This document shows positions 8,697 to 16,884 of a DNA stretch of 37,232 nt, piece after piece. The DNA comes from a virus (taxonomy: Duplodnaviria; Heunggongvirae; Uroviricota; Caudoviricetes): the IMG/VR virus record IMGVR_UViG_2531839665_000022; one strand, 5' to 3'. Position 1 is the stretch's first letter, and each line of letters opens with the position of its first letter. A model generated the notes under the pieces. The model searched no databases, was not told where the DNA came from, and was given only the letters and a program-made list of their open reading frames with translations. The position numbers and the translations under genes are program-made.

Positions 8697-9104
8697 ATGA
8701 GTACAAAAGAGAGATTGCGTGAAGTGATGGATGCTAATGGCATGACAATAAAGGCATTATCTGACTTATCAAAAATTCCATATCGCTCACTTCAAAACTA
8801 TTTGCGTGGAGAGAGAGAACCAAACGCAGAGGCTCTTGTTGCGCTAAGTGCCCATTTGGGTGTATCGATCGATTGGCTACTTACCGGTAAAGAACATATT
8901 CCATCTAAAGAAATTGTTGCTGTACCAACACAACATCAATTCAGCCCGTCAGACCTTAAAATGCTTGAACTTCTAAACCAGTTAGATCCTGAGGTTCGGC
9001 GAGATCTCATGCGAGGCGCTGAAGAAAAACAGCGTGTGATTGAGATGGAAAAACAACTGAAGGAATTATCCGCAACGATTGAGCGGTTAAAAAATGTGGG
9101 TTAA
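8697..9104 (+). CDS. XRE-family HTH repressor (prophage repressor candidate)
   Basis: Start placed at ATG 8697 (MSTKERLREVMDANGMTIKALSDLSKIPYRSLQNYLRGEREP), a classic XRE-type HTH, 135 aa; divergent from the early operon. The upstream 32 codons of the listed 167-aa ORF are hydrophobic and lie within the operator region. Confidence 0.7.
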   Translation: MSTKERLREVMDANGMTIKALSDLSKIPYRSLQNYLRGEREPNAEALVALSAHLGVSIDWLLTGKEHIPSKEIVAVPTQHQFSPSDLKMLELLNQLDPEVRRDLMRGAEEKQRVIEMEKQLKELSATIERLKNVG

Positions 9105-9174
9105 TGTGTTCCTAACGAGAACATATAGCAGAAATTATTTGCCATTAAGCAATAAAAAATAAGGTGGATAGCCA

Positions 9175-10182
9175 ATGTCTGAGCAGACCATTGAAGTTAA
9201 ACACGTTGTAGTTCACATTTTAGACAAACAACAAAATGGAGACGCTTCTGAGAGATTGAGTCCTGAAGAAGGTCTAGTTACTGAAGCCTCTCAGCGCCTT
9301 ATAAACGATATTTGTGCAAAATATGCAGGACGCACAGGTAAAGGTTATGGCTATTTTGAAGGCGATACGGATAACTATCCTATGGAACGAATGGCTGGGG
9401 ACTTTCTCGAAGGTGTTGATGATTTCTACCAAAGTTCCTGCCGAATGATGCATCACCTGACGGAACGTTCTCAGCGAGAAAACATGGCTACTGGTGGTTA
9501 TGTTCTTTTTGCAAATATCGTGATAGGACACAATGAACACCTGTTGATAGCTATTGTAAGCGCTACCATTGGGTCCACTGTCACAGATGATTTTAACATC
9601 CAAGATAGTACCTATCTTGATATTGCTAAGCTGCGTATGGCTGGGCGCATTGACTTAACCGCGTGGGAAAGTGGCGCAGAGCGCTATATCAGTTTTCTTA
9701 AGGGGCAAGGTAATGTTTCAAACTATTTTAAACAGTTCCTAGGCTGTAATGATGTCTTAATCGCCAAACGAGAGTCTGAAAAGTTACGTGACGTTTTAAA
9801 AGCATTTGCGGCAGAGAAAGGACTTGACGGCGCTGAAAAAGATGCATTTCTTAAGAGTGCGTTTGAACACTTACATGCACTAAGTAAGGCTGGTGAACCA
9901 CTTAGTCTTGAAACCCTTGTTAATGCCATTTGGCCCCAGGCTCCCGAGGAGTTATCTGGTAAACTTGCTGCTGAAGAGTTGGAGTTATCGGATGGCTTCG
10001 TTCCTGATGGTCGAGTCATTCGGGCTCTGGTATCTTTTAAAGGCAAGTCTAAATATTGGGAACTTAAGTTTGACCGGGAAGGGAAAACTGAAGGCTATAT
10101 TGATTATGATCCGGAAACAAATATTATCACCCTACGTAATGTACCTGAAGAATTTAGGGAAATGTGGATGACTGAGGTTTAA
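9175..10182 (+). CDS. NdpA/YejK-like nucleoid-associated protein homolog
   Basis: 335 aa, same length as E. coli YejK; collinear motifs as I recall YejK: (V/I)HxLDK near the N-terminus, GGYVLFANIV, and RIDLTAWESGAERYISFLKG...FKQFLG matching RIDLTEWE...RYLTFLKG...FFMDFLG. AT-rich codon usage unlike the flanking phage genes. Confidence 0.6.
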   Translation: MSEQTIEVKHVVVHILDKQQNGDASERLSPEEGLVTEASQRLINDICAKYAGRTGKGYGYFEGDTDNYPMERMAGDFLEGVDDFYQSSCRMMHHLTERSQRENMATGGYVLFANIVIGHNEHLLIAIVSATIGSTVTDDFNIQDSTYLDIAKLRMAGRIDLTAWESGAERYISFLKGQGNVSNYFKQFLGCNDVLIAKRESEKLRDVLKAFAAEKGLDGAEKDAFLKSAFEHLHALSKAGEPLSLETLVNAIWPQAPEELSGKLAAEELELSDGFVPDGRVIRALVSFKGKSKYWELKFDREGKTEGYIDYDPETNIITLRNVPEEFREMWMTEV

Positions 10183-10184
10183 TC

Positions 10185-11390
10185 GTGGCGATTTCATTTG
10201 AGATGCTGACAGCTCTGTATCGTCGTATGGAATTCCAAGAGGGGTTTCGTGTCGGTTCGCTGTTGCTCTTAGATCAGTCCGATTGTGATCTGGTTGATAC
10301 TTTGCTTGATGATCCTCGTGAATATGGTCTTTCTATTGATACAGGCACTATCGCTCCAGGTAACACGATCATCCTACGTGTGACGTCACCACGGAGTGGA
10401 CTGGGACTTGTGTTTTCCACCCATGAAAAATTGCTAAATGCTCCAAAGCATCAGTGCCTTGAGCCAGCTAATTACTTCATCCTAGAAACAAAATTTCGTA
10501 ATGATGATGAAGATATCCCCGTTTTCATCAGCAACTACCGGAAGATTCTCGAGTTCGTTAACCTGCTAAAAGAGGCCGCGGCCTACTTTGATAACTCAAC
10601 TTGTCAGTTAGTTTTTCTGAAAAAAGAAGTTATCAAGCTATTACCGCACTTCGCTGCAGAAAATGTACAAAATTTGCAAAGGGAGTATCTTGATAACCTT
10701 ATAGCTTGTTTCAATGATGATACCCATAAGGATCAGAAGCTAGATATTCTGATTGAAAGTATTCAAGCAGTTAGTGATGGAATTGATTCACCTCTAGTAT
10801 TCGCTTATTTACTGGACAATATTCAGCGTCTGCATGAAAAGTTTCTGAAAGGGTATCGTATCTACTCTTCTGGATTCTCTTATGACAAAGTAATGGATCA
10901 ACTGCGTGCTGCAAAAGTCGAAGAAATGGGTAAAATCCACAAAGCGTTTTCAGATATCCAGAACCATATACTTGGCATTCCTGTTGCCTCTGTTATCGTA
11001 GCTACCCAATTCAAAGTGGCTACGAAATGGTCAGGCCAAGGGATAACAAACACAATAATTCTTCTGGGATGCATTTTTGCTGCAACGTTAATCTGGCTGG
11101 CACTTTCGAACCAGATGCAATCTATAAAGGCCTTAGGCGAAGAAATTGAATACAAAGAAAAACAGATTAATAAGGAATATTCCTTCATTAAAGATGACGT
11201 GGCTGGTGTATTTAGCAGTATTTCTGCGCGACTAGACACGCAGAAACGTACGTTCTGGATTATACGTGGTGTTCTAGTTATGGGAATTATTACCGCTATC
11301 ACTGTTTATTTTTGGTACACAAAACCAGCCCTTGACTTCATGCAGTACTTGATTCACTGCATGAAGTCTTACTATTCGGTCAAAAGTTGA
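10185..11390 (+). CDS. hypothetical protein with two C-terminal transmembrane helices
   Basis: 401 aa, starts 3 bp after the NdpA-like stop (operon partner); soluble N-terminal region then TM helices GITNTIILLGCIFAATLIWLALS and FWIIRGVLVMGIITAITVYFWY; AT-rich; no domain I can name. Confidence 0.5.
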   Translation: MAISFEMLTALYRRMEFQEGFRVGSLLLLDQSDCDLVDTLLDDPREYGLSIDTGTIAPGNTIILRVTSPRSGLGLVFSTHEKLLNAPKHQCLEPANYFILETKFRNDDEDIPVFISNYRKILEFVNLLKEAAAYFDNSTCQLVFLKKEVIKLLPHFAAENVQNLQREYLDNLIACFNDDTHKDQKLDILIESIQAVSDGIDSPLVFAYLLDNIQRLHEKFLKGYRIYSSGFSYDKVMDQLRAAKVEEMGKIHKAFSDIQNHILGIPVASVIVATQFKVATKWSGQGITNTIILLGCIFAATLIWLALSNQMQSIKALGEEIEYKEKQINKEYSFIKDDVAGVFSSISARLDTQKRTFWIIRGVLVMGIITAITVYFWYTKPALDFMQYLIHCMKSYYSVKS

Positions 11391-12150
11391 GGATAATGAG
11401 TTCCTTCTTGCGACTGGATTTGCCAGTGATCTTGAGGTTGTAGCTGATATCAACCGACTGAATATTTAGACCGTTGAATGCCTGCCGCATTTCCGGGATA
11501 TCGTTCACCGATATAATCATCTTCCCTTTGATCCTGCGTGCTAAATCTGCCATATGATCATAATTTTCTAGTCCGAACTCCACACCATAACCTTCCGTTC
11601 CCCAGTATGGAGGGTCACAGTAGAACAACGTATGCGGGCGATCATATCGTTCTATGCACTGTTGCCAGTCCATGTGTTCTATGACCGTTCTGGAAAGCCG
11701 CAGGTGTGCCGCTGACAGTTCTTCTTCAATACGCAGCAGGTTGAAGCGTGGCGGGGATATGGTGGAGGTACCAAAGCTGTGCTCCGCCACCTTGCCCCCA
11801 AACGCCTGCTTCTGAAGGTAATAGAACCGTGCTGCACGCTGGATATCCGTCAGTGTTTCTTCCGGGGTGATCTGCAGCCATTTGTAGATCTGCCGGCTGA
11901 CCAGCGCCCATTTGAACTGGCGTACAAATTCTTCCAGATGATGTTTTACCACCCGATACAGGTTCACCAGCTCACCGTTGATATCATTAATGACTTCGAT
12001 CTTGCCGGGTACCTTAAGAAAATAGAGCGCTGCTGCCCCACAAAACGGCTCCACATAACATTCATGCGCCGGAAACAGCGGCAGGATGTGTTTTGCAAGG
12101 CGGCGTTTGCCACCAATCCATGGAACGATGGGTAATGTCTGCATTTTCAT
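11380..12150 (-). CDS. DNA adenine methyltransferase (Dam family)
   Basis: 256 aa; SAM-binding motif EPFCGAAALYF and catalytic DPPY motif (FYCDPPYW); convergent with and overlapping the upstream plus-strand gene by 11 bp. Confidence 0.8.
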   Translation of the reverse strand: MKMQTLPIVPWIGGKRRLAKHILPLFPAHECYVEPFCGAAALYFLKVPGKIEVINDINGELVNLYRVVKHHLEEFVRQFKWALVSRQIYKWLQITPEETLTDIQRAARFYYLQKQAFGGKVAEHSFGTSTISPPRFNLLRIEEELSAAHLRLSRTVIEHMDWQQCIERYDRPHTLFYCDPPYWGTEGYGVEFGLENYDHMADLARRIKGKMIISVNDIPEMRQAFNGLNIQSVDISYNLKITGKSSRKKELIILNF

Positions 12151-12397
12151 AATCTGTAAGCCTTTTACAATTATAAAAAATATGGCAGGCTAGTCTGGTC
12201 TCGCGAGACTGACTGAACCTTGGTCGGCTCACAGCGCATTCCTGTGGGGCGATGGCCAGCCCGGTGTTCGGGTACCGGGCTGGTCGTTCTTTCAAAGCCA
12301 TCATGCAGTGCACGTTTACATCTTCACTATTAACGCTGTTTAAAATCCGTATCCCGCCACATTTGTGATGCTGTCTCCACCAAACGAGGAGACACAC

Positions 12398-12748
12398 ATG
12401 AAAAACCTGAAAAAATTCATTCCCCCTGTTAAAAAAACTCGCCTCAGCGGCTGGATGCTGACCTCAGTGCTGTTGCTGGGCATCATCGCTCTGGTCTCGC
12501 CACAGCAGTTGCCTGTTGTGATCTACAAGCTGGCACTCATCACGCTGGCAGCAGTGCTGGGTTACTGGCTTGACCGTTCGCTCTTCCCCAAAGCCCGTCC
12601 CGGTCAGTACCTGAAACATGACGACAGACTGATGGCTGAAGGGCGTTTCCCTGTGCAGACCGGCCTTCACCTTGTATTTTCTGCTGCGTTAATCCGCCGT
12701 GCACTGATTGTTGCAGCGGTCTGTCTGGCTGTGGCAACAGGACTGTGA
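12398..12748 (+). CDS. putative holin-like membrane protein
   Basis: ATG 12398 preceded by GAGGAGA RBS; 116 aa with 2-3 hydrophobic helices; sits immediately upstream of the endolysin. Confidence 0.45.
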   Translation: MKNLKKFIPPVKKTRLSGWMLTSVLLLGIIALVSPQQLPVVIYKLALITLAAVLGYWLDRSLFPKARPGQYLKHDDRLMAEGRFPVQTGLHLVFSAALIRRALIVAAVCLAVATGL

Positions 12749-13479
12749 CCATGAACTGGCCTCAAATCACCCTCATTATTCTGTTCGCCTTTGGTCTGGG
12801 CGTAACCGCCATCAGACACGGAGAACCACGTAACGATAAATACAGCTTCTGGTGGCAGCTTGCTGGCAACCTGGTGATTGTCTGGCTGCTCTGGTGTGGC
12901 GGCTTCTTCAGTCAGGCCCGCGCAGCGCAGCCTCCGCAGGCTGCGCTGCAGTATCGCGATGATGTGATCCGTAATGCCCGGCTTGAATGGGGACTGTCTG
13001 CGCCGGTGGCCGATTTCGCCGCGCAACTGCATCAGGAAAGCGGCTGGCGACCTGATGCGGTCTCGCCGGCTGGCGCTCAGGGACTGGCGCAGTTCATGCC
13101 TGCCACTGCCGACTGGATAAGCCAGTTGATACCGATGCTGAGCAGTCGTGAGCCGTTTAATCCTGCATGGGCTATCCGGGCGCTGGTCAGCTATGACCGC
13201 TGGCTGTGGCAGCGCGTCAGCGCCGCCAACGACTGCGAGCGTATGGCCATGACACTGTCGGGCTATAACGGTGGTCTGGGCTGGGTACAACGGGACAGGC
13301 GGCTTGCATCACAGAAAGGTCTGGACAGCACCCGCTGGTTCGGACATGTCGCCACGGTGAATGCCGGACGCAATGCGGCCAGCTGGCGGGAGAACCGCCA
13401 TTATCCGCAGCGCATCCTGCGCGAACTGGCACCGCGATATCTCACATGGGGAGGCAGCAGTTGTGTGGCATCTGGTTAA
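12745..13479 (+). CDS. lytic transglycosylase endolysin (SLT domain) with N-terminal signal-anchor
   Basis: SLT catalytic signature HQESGWRPDAVSPAGAQGLAQFMPATA; N-terminal hydrophobic segment ITLIILFAFGLGVTAI suggests a SAR-type endolysin. Start is GTG 12745 or ATG 12751. Confidence 0.75.
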   Translation: MTMNWPQITLIILFAFGLGVTAIRHGEPRNDKYSFWWQLAGNLVIVWLLWCGGFFSQARAAQPPQAALQYRDDVIRNARLEWGLSAPVADFAAQLHQESGWRPDAVSPAGAQGLAQFMPATADWISQLIPMLSSREPFNPAWAIRALVSYDRWLWQRVSAANDCERMAMTLSGYNGGLGWVQRDRRLASQKGLDSTRWFGHVATVNAGRNAASWRENRHYPQRILRELAPRYLTWGGSSCVASG

Positions 13480-14113
13480 AAAGCTGCCGTGGCGCGGCAT
13501 TCTGCTGGCCATTCTTATCAATGCCTTTCTGGTCGGCCTGTATGCCATGGGATACAGAAGTGGTCATGACTCTGCAAAGCGTGACGGTGATACCGCGCTC
13601 AGTCAGTTGCAGTCAGCATTTGACGCGTACAAAACGGAGCAGGCAACGCTTGAGAATGCTGCGCTGCGGGCCTGGGCCAGACGGTATCAGGAGCAGGTGG
13701 CCGCCGGGCAGCGGGCTGAAGCCGGTTATCTTGAGCAGATTGCTCAACTGGAGAGCCGGAATAAACAACTACAGGGGCAAATTAACGATGTCACACAGCG
13801 CTGGATTGATGAAAAAGGTAAGAGCCATCCCATTGAGTGCGTGTTTACTCGCGGTTTCGTGCGCCAGTACAACGCCGCACTCGGATATGACAATGCATCC
13901 GTCGACACCGGTCATTCAGACTCAGTTGCCGCCGCTGGCACCCGCTCTGGCACAGCGACCGGGCAACCTGAAACCACTGACACCCGGTTACGCGATTCGG
14001 GTGTCTCCCAGCGTGACGTTCTCGCCAACATCATCGACAACGCAGGACAATGTCGTCGCTGGCGGAACCAGATAAACGCGTTACTGGATGAACGGGAAGG
14101 ATTACAGAAATGA
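13463..14113 (+). CDS. i-spanin (Rz-like)
   Basis: GTG 13463 preceded by GGAGG; N-terminal TM helix (ILLAILINAFLVGLY) then coiled-coil-rich periplasmic region; contains an embedded lipoprotein ORF in another frame. Confidence 0.55.
   Translation: MWHLVKKLPWRGILLAILINAFLVGLYAMGYRSGHDSAKRDGDTALSQLQSAFDAYKTEQATLENAALRAWARRYQEQVAAGQRAEAGYLEQIAQLESRNKQLQGQINDVTQRWIDEKGKSHPIECVFTRGFVRQYNAALGYDNASVDTGHSDSVAAAGTRSGTATGQPETTDTRLRDSGVSQRDVLANIIDNAGQCRRWRNQINALLDEREGLQK
13809..14075 (+). CDS. o-spanin (Rz1-like lipoprotein), embedded in the i-spanin gene
   Basis: MKKVRAIPLSACLLAVSC has a lipobox (LAVSC) followed by a proline-rich mature region; lies wholly inside the Rz-like gene in a different frame. 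Confidence 0.55.
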   Translation: MKKVRAIPLSACLLAVSCASTTPHSDMTMHPSTPVIQTQLPPLAPALAQRPGNLKPLTPGYAIRVSPSVTFSPTSSTTQDNVVAGGTR

Positions 14114-14436
14114 CACTGCAGGTTGAATTCTGGACGGTGGTGAGTTTTCTGCTCACCTTCATGGGGTTTGTGGGAGGGCTCGCCAAATGGTTGTTCAGTA
14201 AAACAGAAGAACGCCAGGCGGCACGATTCGCCTCCCTTGAACAGGCCCTGCAACAATCCGCCTCCAACTGGGGCGAGCTGGAAAAAGAATTTATGCGATT
14301 TAAAGCGGATTTACCGCTGAATTATGTCCGTCGAGAGGATTATATCCGTGGCCAGACAGTCATTGAGGCCAAACTGGACGCGCTTTATAACAAACTGGAA
14401 GTGGTACAGCAGTACCGCAATACCGGAGGTCAATAA
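14110..14436 (+). CDS. membrane-anchored coiled-coil protein (Mu gp25-like position)
   Basis: 108 aa, N-terminal TM helix (FWTVVSFLLTFMGFVGGLAKWLF) then coiled coil; position after the lysis genes. Confidence 0.4.
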   Translation: MTLQVEFWTVVSFLLTFMGFVGGLAKWLFSKTEERQAARFASLEQALQQSASNWGELEKEFMRFKADLPLNYVRREDYIRGQTVIEAKLDALYNKLEVVQQYRNTGGQ

Positions 14437-14747
14437 TGGTCGATATTACCCGGGTACGCCGCGAATCCCTGCGCTGGAGTCTGCTGGTTGCCCTGAACAA
14501 GACCCGCCCTTACACCGCCAGCGAGACGCTGCTGCTGGATGTGTCCCGTGCCATCTACCCGGACACCACACCGCTGGAACTGCGCCGCGAACTGGATTAT
14601 CTGGCTGACCGTAAAATGGTTGATCTGGAGAAAAAACCTTCTGGCGACTGGTTTGCTGACCTGACCCGCCTCGGCGTAGACCTGGTGGAATACACCGTGG
14701 AATGTGGTCCGGGTATTGCCCGCCCGGAAAAGTACTGGAGTGAATAA
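14436..14747 (+). CDS. hypothetical late protein
   Basis: 103-aa ORF, translationally coupled (ATG overlaps the previous stop); no domain I can name. Confidence 0.4.
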   Translation: MVDITRVRRESLRWSLLVALNKTRPYTASETLLLDVSRAIYPDTTPLELRRELDYLADRKMVDLEKKPSGDWFADLTRLGVDLVEYTVECGPGIARPEKYWSE

Positions 14748-15292
14748 TGGCCAGACGCAGCACAATAGAAAAGCTGCCGGAAGACGTGCGCCGCTGGCTT
14801 GAACGGGCGCTGACTGAATCCGGCTTCAGCGGGTATAACGAGCTGGAGTCCCTGCTGCGTGAGCGGGGGTACGTTATCAGCAAATCCGCTATCCATCGCT
14901 ATGGACAGAAGATTGAGCGCCGCTATGGTGCTATCCGTGCGGCAACAGAAGCGGCCCGCATGCTGACCGAAGGCGCAGCAGACGATCAGGATGCGCGTTC
15001 GGAGGCTGTGATAGCCCTTATTCAGACCGAGCTGTTCGAGAGTATTGTCCAGTTGCAGGAGGCGGAAGAAGGCGAAGTCGATCCTAAAGAACGCGTGGCC
15101 CTGCTGTCGAAGGTGGCGAAGAATGTGGCTACGCTGTCCCGCGCGTCCGTCAACCTCAAAAAGTTCCAGTCTGAAGTACGGGCCAGAGCGCAGCAGGCAG
15201 CCAGCAACGCCGAGAAAATTGCCCGTAAGGGGGGACTGTCAAGCGACGCAGTACAGGCGCTTCGTCGCGAGATTCTGGGGATTGCCACATGA
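14747..15292 (+). CDS. terminase small subunit-like protein
   Basis: 181 aa immediately upstream of the large terminase; N-terminal MARRSTIEKLPEDVRRWLERAL then helical region, as in small terminases of Mu-like phages. Confidence 0.5.
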   Translation: MARRSTIEKLPEDVRRWLERALTESGFSGYNELESLLRERGYVISKSAIHRYGQKIERRYGAIRAATEAARMLTEGAADDQDARSEAVIALIQTELFESIVQLQEAEEGEVDPKERVALLSKVAKNVATLSRASVNLKKFQSEVRARAQQAASNAEKIARKGGLSSDAVQALRREILGIAT

Positions 15293-16884
15293 CAAAATCA
15301 TCCGGAGTGATTTTAAACGCCGCTGGCGGCGGCCCCGAAGGGATGAGTCCCATGGACGGGAGGAATAACCTTGCTCCCGTTTTGCCTGATACCTCGGCGC
15401 TGGATGCCCCTCCCGTTCTGTTGCCTTACCAGCAGCGCTGGGTGGCAGACACCTCTCCGCTTAAGGTGATAGAAAAGAGCCGTCGTACCGGTATTACATG
15501 GGCTGAGGCATCCGATAACGTACTGACCGCCGCCTCTTCTGCGTCAGCAGGCGGGATGAATGTGTATTACATCGCCTATAACCAGGACATGACCGTCGAA
15601 TACATTCAGGCGTGTGCGATGTGGGCACGGGCATTCAACTATGCGGCCAGTGAAATTGAAGAAGGATTCTGGGAAGAGGACGACGACGACAAACACATCA
15701 GGACTTACACCATCAAATTTCCTGACTCCGGCTTTCGTATTGTTGCGCTCTCCAGCCGCCCGTCTAACCTGCGTGGCCGTCAGGGTATTATTGTTATCGA
15801 CGAAGCGGCGTTCCATGAGCAACTGGACGAACTGCTGAAAGCGGCGCTGGCGATGCTTATCTGGGGGGGAAAGGTACGCGTTATCTCCACCCATGACGGT
15901 GACGACAATCCGTTCAATACGCTTATCGGGGATATCCGTGCCGGACGTCAGGGAGGCAGCGTACATCGCATCACTTTCCGGGAAGCCGTATCTGAGGGGC
16001 TGTTCCGGCGCGTTTGTCTGCGCACCGGGAAGGAATGGTCAGAGGCATCCGAGCAGGCCTGGATGGCGTCGGTGTACAAATTCTACGCTGCCGGCGCATC
16101 CGAAGAGCTTGACTGTATTCCGGCCAACGGTGGCGGCGCCTGGCTGTCCCGTGCCCTGATAGAGTCCCGCATGTCCGCTGATACGCCGGTATTGCGTCTG
16201 ACCTGTCAGGAAGGTTATGAACTGCTGTCTGATGAGGTTCGCTTCCACGAGACACAGGACTGGCTTGATGAGCATCTGAAACCCTTGCTGGAGGCACTCC
16301 CCGCTGATGCCCGCTCTTTCCTGGGGCGCGACTTTGGCCGTAGCGGTGATTTGTCGGTGGACTATCCCCTGCTGCAGGAGAAGAACCTGGTACGACGCGT
16401 GCCATTCGTACTGGAGCTGCGTAACGTGCCGTTCAGACAGCAGGAGCAAATCACCTGGTATCTGATGGATGGCCTGCCCGGTCTGCTGGGTGCAGCGTTT
16501 GATGCCCGTGGTAATGGTGCCTATCTGGCTGAATACGCCATGCAGCGCTACGGCTCCAGCCGGGTTCAGCAGGTGATGCCAACTGAAGGCTGGTACCGGG
16601 AGCATATGCCTCCGGTCAAAGCTGCACTGGAAGACGGTAACCTGGTGGACTTACCAAAGGATGAAGACACACTGGATGACCTGCGGGCCGTTCAGGTGGT
16701 GAACGGTGTCCCCCGCGTGCCGGAGCAACGCTCAAAAGCAAAGGCTGACGGTGGTAAACGCCACGGGGATTCAGCCATCGCACTGGCGCTGGCGTATTTC
16801 GCCAGCCGTGAAATTAACAAAGGGCCGGTGAAGGCAAGCTCACGCTGTCGTCGTCAGGCGGCCCGTATGCTGGAGGGATTCTGA
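15289..16884 (+). CDS. terminase large subunit
   Basis: 531 aa; ATPase-like region (VIDEAAFHEQ Walker B-like) and C-terminal acidic nuclease-like region; precedes the portal gene. Confidence 0.75.
   Translation: MTKSSGVILNAAGGGPEGMSPMDGRNNLAPVLPDTSALDAPPVLLPYQQRWVADTSPLKVIEKSRRTGITWAEASDNVLTAASSASAGGMNVYYIAYNQDMTVEYIQACAMWARAFNYAASEIEEGFWEEDDDDKHIRTYTIKFPDSGFRIVALSSRPSNLRGRQGIIVIDEAAFHEQLDELLKAALAMLIWGGKVRVISTHDGDDNPFNTLIGDIRAGRQGGSVHRITFREAVSEGLFRRVCLRTGKEWSEASEQAWMASVYKFYAAGASEELDCIPANGGGAWLSRALIESRMSADTPVLRLTCQEGYELLSDEVRFHETQDWLDEHLKPLLEALPADARSFLGRDFGRSGDLSVDYPLLQEKNLVRRVPFVLELRNVPFRQQEQITWYLMDGLPGLLGAAFDARGNGAYLAEYAMQRYGSSRVQQVMPTEGWYREHMPPVKAALEDGNLVDLPKDEDTLDDLRAVQVVNGVPRVPEQRSKAKADGGKRHGDSAIALALAYFASREINKGPVKASSRCRRQAARMLEGF

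Noticed and set aside
9105-9174. Possible prophage end (attL-like terminus) just downstream of the repressor
   Set aside because: No 5'-TG start or Mu-like transposase-binding repeats (CGAAA-containing 22-mers) are visible here; the spacer looks like an ordinary intergenic region with the RBS of the next gene.
9175-11390. Assignment of the accessory pair to Kiwa (KwaA/KwaB) or another named defence system
   Set aside because: Kiwa has the membrane gene first and a DUF4868 partner; here the order is reversed and the soluble protein looks like NdpA/YejK. Without an HMM search I cannot assert membership in any named system.
13361-14113. 250-aa reading of the Rz-like ORF starting at 13361
   Set aside because: The upstream 34 codons overlap the endolysin gene in another frame; a GTG with a GGAGG RBS at 13463 gives a protein starting at the TM helix, consistent with i-spanins.
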